64,000 nt of DNA. Source: a virus (Duplodnaviria > Caudoviricetes). Every line of letters starts with the position of its first letter. The first letter of the stretch is position 1. The notes below the pieces were generated by a model. The model was not told the origin of the DNA and searched no databases. It saw nothing but the letters and a program-made list of their open reading frames with translations. Position numbers and translations under genes: made by a program. The stretch lies in the IMG/VR virus record IMGVR_UViG_3300007513_000003; one strand, 5' to 3'. Of this stretch, positions 57,801-64,000 are shown one piece after another.

Positions 57801-58270
57801 TCGTTTAAATCATCAATAGCATCTACAACTAATGTAGACGATGTCCAATCTAAATACGCACTGCACGTTGTTAAGCTGCCATCTGTTGGTGTACCTAATG
57901 TAAGTGTGCCACCGCCTAGGCCTGCTATTTGAGTATCTACATATGCTTTGTTTGCCGCATCTGTACCTGCTACCGGAGTTGCTACATCTTCAACTACTTT
58001 ACTAGAAACAGAAATAATACCCGTGCCGTTAGCATTTAGTATTAAATTACCATTTGTATTTGTTGTAGTGATTGTATTGGTATCAATTTCAATGTTACCA
58101 ACTTGTAGATCGCCGGCAATATCCAACGAGTACCCCGGGGCAGCTTCGTTAATACCAATACGTGAGTTAGTTACATCTAGATATAATAAGTCTGTTTCAA
58201 ATGCCAAGTCAGTGCCTTGTCTGACTAGATTTGGTTGTAACATTGGTCCCGAGACGCGACCTATAGCCAT
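54824..58270 (-). CDS. large virion structural protein with PKD/Ig-like repeats
   Basis: Repeated Y..DWGDG...T...H.Y PKD-like motifs; 1148 aa. Confidence 0.75.
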   Translation of the reverse strand: MAIGRVSGPMLQPNLVRQGTDLAFETDLLYLDVTNSRIGINEAAPGYSLDIAGDLQVGNIEIDTNTITTTNTNGNLILNANGTGIISVSSKVVEDVATPVAGTDAANKAYVDTQIAGLGGGTLTLGTPTDGSLTTCSAYLDWTSSTLVVDAIDDLNEVVENIRNSTFVKEVDFTADQTVGGAGLVVTLTITATGNANRYTIDWGDGNTTTGTTDSTPTHTYSSNVGSPFDVEVTAYNNSGCGTGSTATKLRAGYIIIYTANPVVSFAAYAASSGGSPITYWDDGDQVYFDNNTTNIGGATIQYTWDWDDGSSDNVISSDSAAGGSAGARLDHTFTEISEQEITRTVILTLDSHNTADPSVIPTSDNVAYKIYDTHTPEVSLSATTGINEESTSGLPITFTNNTEATIGSYATYGIQYEYQWGDGTSDTTVNVGTGGSGDTGNTISHTFALSPSDQASGTARNYTGNLRVISNHTSSPFISSNFTVHVEPDVRANIAATAVTTSDRSGDNQYDIYDYTDYNGNNRALVRATNTSQNADDYVYNWGDGSTNDTPTEDGVSAGSIGATLDHDYAGESAGNYTLAFTANGTPDLTLQSDSDSSIVFQMNATPSAPANLSTKSLTLSDSYQGSSPKLCAGFADNSTSNPLVAGAALTTTTARRYTSGTIDTNVIANAYNGLSGTLTATVNGVDKGNKTFTTALNENGTFTSLVVSDQRDANDTISSATYPTGFYQTFDAKITQALASYTVGVNDERLEHSATGNTNYVSVVYDDITATPTIDDSGTLSEGTGGTKRYVSGIPYYNTGSPTLTLTGVQVSDLTGQAYRDTSSVVEVDNGTNQESTSSAATTNSNYTYAQIDGASSMLTGGIPNADTGVASAYTIGSLSVPITTSSVRTVDRVKVRASNCNGTSSYVENTTNIQVHRSSQSGIVEQTIAVADSLGNGTYTDDGKRVFDFNADTTNTPSFNGATNFYTNDLYSENSDPGVSGTKEATIRLGVLKYDVTDYSSGFLPVGPDRSADTGTQYFTFAFRRQVVANFDINITSSSGISGLWIAAPGTAIDSASGLNGWIDSSTTYGGSGVPGSDTGNGGNGSNGCAFTSGDRIATGTSLSGGYTMTLGSENMSNATGNVVLVRIALASGESVTAISIGEAS

Positions 58271-58322
58271 ATTATTCTCCGTTTAAAAATACTTTATACC
58301 GTATTTATATAGAGTTTAATTA

Positions 58323-58754
58323 TTAAACTGTGTCGAATCCGCTTAATGCTACAATAACATGACTGTTAGGCGGGGCAGATGTAAATGTAATAGTTGTTCC
58401 TGATACTGTGTAAGCAGAATCTGGTTCTTGGAAAATGTTATTAATAAAAATAAGAATATTGTTTTCGTCAGCAGGCGCAGAGGATAACATATTAAATGCC
58501 GTTGTTGAGCCATCGCCAGTGTCTGTATCTTTAGTAATAGTCGTAGTGCCGTTAATTCTTATTTGATTCCAAGTGCCTAAATGATATGTTTCTAATCCAC
58601 CTGTTGTGACATTAAATCTAACCATCCCAGAGTCTGCTATAGCAGATCCTGGTCGTTGATTCGTAGTTCCTATAGGAATTCGTATGGCATTTGTTCCACC
58701 AAGATTGAATAATTCCTGAGTAAAGTATTCTGGATTTGTACGATCAAATGGCAT
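58323..58754 (-). CDS. small virion structural protein
   Basis: IPIGTTNQRP and GDGSTTAF...Q.P..AY.VSGT domains. Confidence 0.7.
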   Translation of the reverse strand: MPFDRTNPEYFTQELFNLGGTNAIRIPIGTTNQRPGSAIADSGMVRFNVTTGGLETYHLGTWNQIRINGTTTITKDTDTGDGSTTAFNMLSSAPADENNILIFINNIFQEPDSAYTVSGTTITFTSAPPNSHVIVALSGFDTV

Positions 58755-58758
58755 AATA

Positions 58759-59157
58759 TTATAAACTCATATAGTTAACAAAAACATTTACAGGTACTGT
58801 CGCCGGCGAACCAGACCAATTGGTAGATGAGTTACTTGCATCATCTAAATCAATATAAAATTTATCACCATTTGTTAATAGCCACTTATTGGCAGTAAAT
58901 CCTGTTATAGTGTTTACATGTAAATTTGATCCAGTAGAGATAGGAACTGCAAAACCTCCCGCTTTGGATGAATCATATAATAAATTATTAACTGTTACAG
59001 AGTCACCGCTGGGAACTAAATTCAATGCCCAATTAAAAAATGAGTCGGCGTGACTATCCGTATTAAAAATAATTATATCTGTAACAGCAACATTGCCTGA
59101 TGCAGTAAAAATTGCTGTTGAAGAATTGTTTGTTACATTTGTTATTGTGACTGCCAT
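58759..59157 (-). CDS. small beta-rich virion protein
   Basis: 132-aa Thr/Asn/Ser-rich ORF in the structural operon. Confidence 0.6.
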   Translation of the reverse strand: MAVTITNVTNNSSTAIFTASGNVAVTDIIIFNTDSHADSFFNWALNLVPSGDSVTVNNLLYDSSKAGGFAVPISTGSNLHVNTITGFTANKWLLTNGDKFYIDLDDASNSSTNWSGSPATVPVNVFVNYMSL

Positions 59158-59160
59158 AAA

Positions 59161-60042
59161 TTATCCACCAAATACTAAAGCATAAGCAATTGCTTTACTC
59201 TTACTTATCATTTCTCCACTTGTTGTGTTATTTACGAAATATAGTCCTGTGCCACCACCGCTTGGTGTTTTGGAATAAATTTTATTAACAGATACTGTAG
59301 CACCTGGATCACCGCCTTGATCAGTAAAATCTAACTGTACTGAAACGCTGGCCGCTTTGGATAATACAATATTACCCGTTCCATTTGGCGTAAGAGTAAT
59401 ATTACCATTTGTGTTAGATGAAATAATATCATTTGCATTAATATTAATATTATCTACACTAAGTTCACCTGTTATAGTAACAGCATTTGTTCCATTATCA
59501 AATACAATGTTTGAACTACCAGCAAGAGTTCCACTATTATTATATTGAATATTAGTATTAGCACCACCTGGGGTTGGTGACCCTGCCGCAGTATCTACAT
59601 ATGCTTTGATAGATTGTTGTGTTGCTAAAGCAGTAGCACTATCACTTGCCATATTATCTTCATCTAATATGTCGCTAATAGTAACACCATTAACAGTTAA
59701 ATCACCTGTTGTTGTAACAGAAAGTGCTTCTAAGTCTGCTAATCCCGAGCCGAGTTTAAAACTCCATTTGTCTGTAGTTTCATTCCAAATCAATGATGTA
59801 TCGTCAGAAGTGCCTCTTTCAATTACAACACCTGCTGTTCCAAGCGTAACACCTGCTCCTGATTCATTCTTGTTTAATACAATTGTATTATCTTGAATGT
59901 CTAAATCTGTTGTATTAACCGTGGTAGTAGTTCCAGTAACAACTAAATTGCCTGTTACTTGAAATGCATCTGCTGTAATATTAACATCATTTGAACCAAC
60001 GTTGATATTATAATCGCTGTTAACTCTTAATTCCTTTGCCAT
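59161..60042 (-). CDS. tail-fibre-like structural protein
   Basis: GNLVVTGTTTTVNTT...I.DN.I.LN domain shared with the long fibre N-terminus. Confidence 0.7.
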   Translation of the reverse strand: MAKELRVNSDYNINVGSNDVNITADAFQVTGNLVVTGTTTTVNTTDLDIQDNTIVLNKNESGAGVTLGTAGVVIERGTSDDTSLIWNETTDKWSFKLGSGLADLEALSVTTTGDLTVNGVTISDILDEDNMASDSATALATQQSIKAYVDTAAGSPTPGGANTNIQYNNSGTLAGSSNIVFDNGTNAVTITGELSVDNININANDIISSNTNGNITLTPNGTGNIVLSKAASVSVQLDFTDQGGDPGATVSVNKIYSKTPSGGGTGLYFVNNTTSGEMISKSKAIAYALVFGG

Positions 60043-60091
60043 ATTTCGTGATTTCCAATGTTATATTATTTATACAAATTTTAGAATAGAA

Positions 60092-60112
60092 AAGGGGCCG
60101 ATGGCCCCTTTC
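60092..60112 (-). terminator. rho-independent terminator
   Basis: AGGGGCC-ATC-GGCCCCT followed by TTTCT on the minus strand. Confidence 0.7.
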
Positions 60113-60136
60113 CTGTATTGATCGTAAGAATATCAA

Positions 60137-60598
60137 TTAAGCGTCTTCTGTCCAATCGTCGTCGTCTACACCGACTAGTGTATTGTCGTCGCCTGCTTCC
60201 TCGACTTGTGCCGCACCGTCTGTTAGATCTACTGTGAAGTTCCATGGAACTTTACTGCCATCATATGCGTTTGAACCTGTAGCAGTCGGAGCTGCTAATG
60301 TTGCTGTACGGCCAGAAATTTTACTTGCTAGGTATGTTTCACCATCATCCATTTTAAATGAAATTGACATCTCACCTGATGCTAGGTTTGCTGGTAAATC
60401 ATCCCAAGTTAAAGTACAAGTATGTAATCCTGCTGTTTCGATTTCTTCAACAACAAAACGTTTACTTGCTTTTTGTTTAACAATATAACCTTCTTTAACA
60501 CCGCCGCCGCTGTTAAAGTTAACTTTGATTTCGTTACCGCCGGCTGTTGGGCCTACGCCCGCGACACCGAAGTATCTTTTATTAAGTGGTCTACCCAT
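60137..60598 (-). CDS. probable head decoration/structural protein
   Basis: MGRPLNKRYFG...GYIVKQK..KRF; directly downstream of the capsid gene; strong AGGAG RBS. Confidence 0.5.
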   Translation of the reverse strand: MGRPLNKRYFGVAGVGPTAGGNEIKVNFNSGGGVKEGYIVKQKASKRFVVEEIETAGLHTCTLTWDDLPANLASGEMSISFKMDDGETYLASKISGRTATLAAPTATGSNAYDGSKVPWNFTVDLTDGAAQVEEAGDDNTLVGVDDDDWTEDA

Positions 60599-60702
60599 TT
60601 TATTTCTCCTTTTAGAAGTCCGTTGCGGGTTTTAACCGCTACGAGGAAGGTTAATCCCCATAAACTTACTACCCATTAGTAAGCATTACTATTTAGTCAA
60701 GA

Positions 60703-60729
60703 AAAACCCCCCAAATAATGGGGGGTTAT
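60703..60729 (-). terminator. terminator after major capsid gene
   Basis: AACCCCCC-N7-GGGGGGTT followed by a T-run on the minus strand. Confidence 0.7.
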
Positions 60730-60750
60730 CTTTACAAAAAATTCTAAACC

Positions 60751-61923
60751 TTATGCAAATGATAGGTTTGATACTGCAATTGTTTGTAGGTAGTCGCCAG
60801 CATTACCTAGTGATGATGCTGTGTTTGTTAGTGCAACATAACCATAACGTGTCATGAAGCCTACGACTGGCTCGAATGTATCTGGATCTAGTACTGTACC
60901 AGATGACATTAGAGGAATGTATGGGCAGTAGAAAGCAGCTGCGTCTGCTTCGCTTGAACCCTTGTAGCCTACTAGTACTGCTGTATCATCAGCTGCGTAT
61001 GTATCAACATAGATCTTCATTGTACCATTTAGTGTGCCAACCATCTTTTGGTTAACTGGTGCTTCGAATGAACCTTCTGTTGTACGTGCAAATGCACTTG
61101 TTGAAGCGGATTGGATAACTGTTAGTGCTTGTGGTGAAACGACTGCCCAGTTACCTGCACCACGACGTGTGCGTTGTGCAATTGTGTTGGCTGCGCGGTT
61201 CATTAGAACTGCTAGAGCGGCGTGCTCGTCACCAACGTATGTTGCTGTACCTGATACTGCGTTTTGATCATATGGATCACCTGCTGTTGCGATACTACGT
61301 AGTGAACGTAGGATCTCTTGATCAATTTCTGCAGTAATTTCTTGTGCTAGTGCTGACATGATTTCTGCTTCCATGTCAATACCGTGCATTGAGTTAGCAT
61401 CTTGAGCAGCTTCGAAAGTCCAACGTGCTGATAGCTTACGTGTCTTTGCTTCAACTGGTTGCTTCAAGATTTGGATGCTTAGACGGTTACCGCCTGTGCC
61501 TTCGTTAGCAGATGTTGAACCTGCTGTATCAGCAGATGCAACGTTACCTGAGTAACCTTCAGCAACTTTGAATGGGCTTAATGCTTCTTCGCCTGCTGTT
61601 GTGTTACCACCTGCGTTACCTGTGAATGCATCAGCGTAACGTACTCTCAATGTGTGAATTTGTCCTACTGGACCTGCCATTGGTTGAACACCAACGATTT
61701 CGTTAGCAATTACTGATGGCATTACGCGGCGGATTACTGGTAAAATTACGCGGTTAAGTGTAGCAACATTACCTGATGTTGATGCGCCGGCTGTAGCAGC
61801 CTCTGTCAAATAGCCTTTTGTATTCTCTAGAGTTACTGCCATTGTACTACGAGTTGAACCTGAAAGACCTTCTAATAGTGCGTCTTTAGTTTCACTCCAG
61901 TTTTCATTTAATAGTTCTGACAT
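60751..61923 (-). CDS. gp23: major capsid protein
   Basis: GVQPM.GP.G, RKL.ARWT.EAAQD, EIDQEI and YCPYIPL motifs; LTE-A cleavage site. Confidence 0.96.
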   Translation of the reverse strand: MSELLNENWSETKDALLEGLSGSTRSTMAVTLENTKGYLTEAATAGASTSGNVATLNRVILPVIRRVMPSVIANEIVGVQPMAGPVGQIHTLRVRYADAFTGNAGGNTTAGEEALSPFKVAEGYSGNVASADTAGSTSANEGTGGNRLSIQILKQPVEAKTRKLSARWTFEAAQDANSMHGIDMEAEIMSALAQEITAEIDQEILRSLRSIATAGDPYDQNAVSGTATYVGDEHAALAVLMNRAANTIAQRTRRGAGNWAVVSPQALTVIQSASTSAFARTTEGSFEAPVNQKMVGTLNGTMKIYVDTYAADDTAVLVGYKGSSEADAAAFYCPYIPLMSSGTVLDPDTFEPVVGFMTRYGYVALTNTASSLGNAGDYLQTIAVSNLSFA

Positions 61924-61954
61924 TTTTAGTCTCCTAAACTCCTTAATTATAAAT

Positions 61955-63055
61955 TTATAATCCTGCTAACTTCTTGATATCAACAATGTTGGAAGTGTTT
62001 GGTGTTTCTTCAACTTGCTTTTCAACAGGTTGGCGATCACCAGTTACTTCTTTCTTTACTGACTCAGTAAGTTTGCGTTTAATACCAGTGCCATCGCCAT
62101 TAATAACTGCTGGCAGGTATTTGTCAAAAGATGCTTTAAGTTTATCAGTTTGTACTGACTCAAGTAAACTTTCCATAACCTCTTTCTTCTCTTTCGCCAA
62201 TGGTGAAAGAAGTTGAGAGAGTGTTTCTTTACGGTTTGCTTGGTCATTAATAACGTTGATTTCACTCATTTTTGTCTCTACGAGTGCATCCTTTTCTTCA
62301 ATTGTTTTATTGGCTTCTGCCAATACACCTTCCATTTCTGAAAGTTGCTTGTTGAGTTTTGCAACTTCAGTATTCTCATTCAAATATGAATGTGCATACT
62401 CTGCGGCAAAAGCTTCAAATAATTGACGTCCAAAGTTATTCTCACGAGCACTTTGAATATCTTCTTTAAGTTGTGACATCTCACCCTTAATAGTTTTAGT
62501 GACAGTCTCTTCAACCATCTTAGCACTACGCTCGATAAATGTTTTCTTAAGTTCGGCTAGTTTTGTTTTTGCTTCAGCAACTAACTTAACTTTTGTTTCA
62601 ACTACGTCTTTCTTGTCTTCGTTGAATTCAACAATCTCTTCGCTTAATGCTTTGATTACGAAATCTTCTAGTTTCTGCATTGTTTGAGCCTGTGTGCCTC
62701 TATCAGCACGGAACTCATTCATTTCAGTTGCTAGATTTTCTGTTACGAACTTGCTTAGAAGATCGGCATGCTCTGTTACTGCTGTCTTGTATGCTACTCG
62801 CTCAGCTAGTAGTGCTTGCTTGTCTTCTACAAACTCGTTGATTTCTTGTTTTAGAGAATCTGTAACCATTGTATCTAGGGCTTCGACAATCGCCTCCTTA
62901 TCGTGCTCATATCTCTTTGCAAATTCTTCGCGTAACTCGGCCTTGTTTTGCTCAGTGGCTTCTACCAACTTTGCATCCCAAGCTTCCTGGAGTTCAACTT
63001 GAACTTCCTCGGAGATAATATTGTTTTCGATAAGTGGTTTGAATACGTCTAACAT
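61955..63055 (-). CDS. gp22: prohead core scaffold protein
   Basis: Helical and Glu-rich; located between protease and capsid genes. Confidence 0.85.
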   Translation of the reverse strand: MLDVFKPLIENNIISEEVQVELQEAWDAKLVEATEQNKAELREEFAKRYEHDKEAIVEALDTMVTDSLKQEINEFVEDKQALLAERVAYKTAVTEHADLLSKFVTENLATEMNEFRADRGTQAQTMQKLEDFVIKALSEEIVEFNEDKKDVVETKVKLVAEAKTKLAELKKTFIERSAKMVEETVTKTIKGEMSQLKEDIQSARENNFGRQLFEAFAAEYAHSYLNENTEVAKLNKQLSEMEGVLAEANKTIEEKDALVETKMSEINVINDQANRKETLSQLLSPLAKEKKEVMESLLESVQTDKLKASFDKYLPAVINGDGTGIKRKLTESVKKEVTGDRQPVEKQVEETPNTSNIVDIKKLAGL

Positions 63056-63064
63056 AATGCTCTC

Positions 63065-63688
63065 CTAAATTTTTAGGTCCTTTATGAGACGCAAAATACT
63101 CTCTTTGAGATATTTTTGCGCCTTTTGATTCTCACGTACTTCAGCCGCCATCTCAAGCACTCTATGACCGCCTCTCATGTTTAAAAGGCCTTCATAAATT
63201 GCTGTTGGATATGCTTCTGGAGCACTTGGTTGCGCCACTACGTCAATAGTGACAATTTCAAATTCTGAAACATCGCCAGAAGATTCACGGACATTGCCGC
63301 TACCTCTGGATGAAACTCCTAATTTAACACCTGACTCAAGCATAGTTTTGACTAAGTTACCCATTGGTGTTGGTAGTACTTTCATCTTACCATAACCGTT
63401 GGGTCCATCCATCCACATTTCTGTAACCATGTGGGATACACGATCTAAGTTAATCTTAAGATCGTCTGGATGATCAACTTCGCCTAGTACTGAGTTTCCT
63501 TGATTGATTTGCTCATTTAATGTTGATACTGCGGTTTGAATTTCAGAGACAGGATATACACGCTGATTTGCATTCTTTACACCACCTTGAATGCAAATAC
63601 CCTTCATGTATAGATTCTTGCCTTCTGAATCAGTCTCAGTTACCATGCGAGCTTGGTCAAATGTCAAGTGTTCTCTTAGATAAGTCAT
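63065..63688 (-). CDS. gp21: prohead protease
   Basis: N.N.RVY, GEVDHP (His), GVSSRG.G (Ser) and D.V..PSAP motifs. Confidence 0.95.
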   Translation of the reverse strand: MTYLREHLTFDQARMVTETDSEGKNLYMKGICIQGGVKNANQRVYPVSEIQTAVSTLNEQINQGNSVLGEVDHPDDLKINLDRVSHMVTEMWMDGPNGYGKMKVLPTPMGNLVKTMLESGVKLGVSSRGSGNVRESSGDVSEFEIVTIDVVAQPSAPEAYPTAIYEGLLNMRGGHRVLEMAAEVRENQKAQKYLKESILRLIKDLKI

Positions 63689-63700
63689 GTTTTTTATCCG

Positions 63701-64000
63701 TTATACTTTCTTCATGTCTGGTTCAGTTGACATGCCCATATCTGATGATGATGGGTCTGCTGAACTTGAACCTTCTCCTGATGACATTGCACCTGGTTCG
63801 TTTGCGTCACCTTGTGGCTTACCACCTTTGGCAACAGGTGATGAACCTTCGCCAGCGCCACCCTTAGGTGCAGGAACTGCCTTTAGTTCAGCGCCTTCGG
63901 CAACTACATCTTCTTCTGACTCTTCTAGATCTTCTTCTGCTTCTTCAGCTGACTCTTCAACGGATTCTTCCATTTCTGGCTCCATGTAGTCGCCTTCTTC
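63701..64000 (-). CDS. acidic prohead core protein, C-terminal part (gp67/68-like; runs off window end)
   Basis: Glu-rich low-complexity frame open to the window edge, upstream of the protease. Confidence 0.55.
   Translation of the reverse strand, partial: EEGDYMEPEMEESVEESAEEAEEDLEESEEDVVAEGAELKAVPAPKGGAGEGSSPVAKGGKPQGDANEPGAMSSGEGSSSADPSSSDMGMSTEPDMKKV

Noticed and set aside
1-64000. Genome-wide stop-codon reassignment (prompted by the TAA at 27929)
   Set aside because: Core genes are full length in the standard code and end in TAA, TGA or TAG; only one internal stop was found.

Overview
This is a 64 kb, AT-rich segment of a large T4-like myovirus genome from an environmental lineage only distantly related to T4. 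Most genes are on the minus strand. The left half (about 1-24 kb) is the replication/recombination module: gp41-like helicase, gp61-like primase, a probable gp62-like clamp-loader subunit, UvsW, UvsY, UvsX and gp32 SSB. It also holds an ~189-aa DnaE (family C polymerase) core fragment. The right half (about 24-64 kb) is morphogenesis: terminase, gp4, tail tube and sheath, neck gp13/14/15, repeat-rich tail fibres, major capsid gp23, scaffold gp22 and protease gp21. Scattered among these core genes are modification-type enzymes: four radical SAM proteins (one B12-binding), a 2OG-Fe(II) oxygenase, two methyltransferases, SGNH-like and sulfotransferase-like proteins, two DUF115-like proteins and an exported glycoside-hydrolase-like protein. 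Several ORFs have T4 internal-protein-like N-termini, one of them nuclease-like. Features absent from the ORF track include: sigma70 and TAAATA late promoters, many giving apparently leaderless mRNAs; a palindrome-rich tail-fibre leader; a three-copy 19-bp motif; a one-base frame discordance at the gp15 start; a small gene with an internal TAA; a NUMOD3 homing-endonuclease relic; and a 25-aa membrane ORF. I saw no tRNA, CRISPR array, integrase, reverse transcriptase or obvious intein. No searches were run. Family assignments rest on motif recognition, gene order and recalled family knowledge, and need HMM or structure confirmation.
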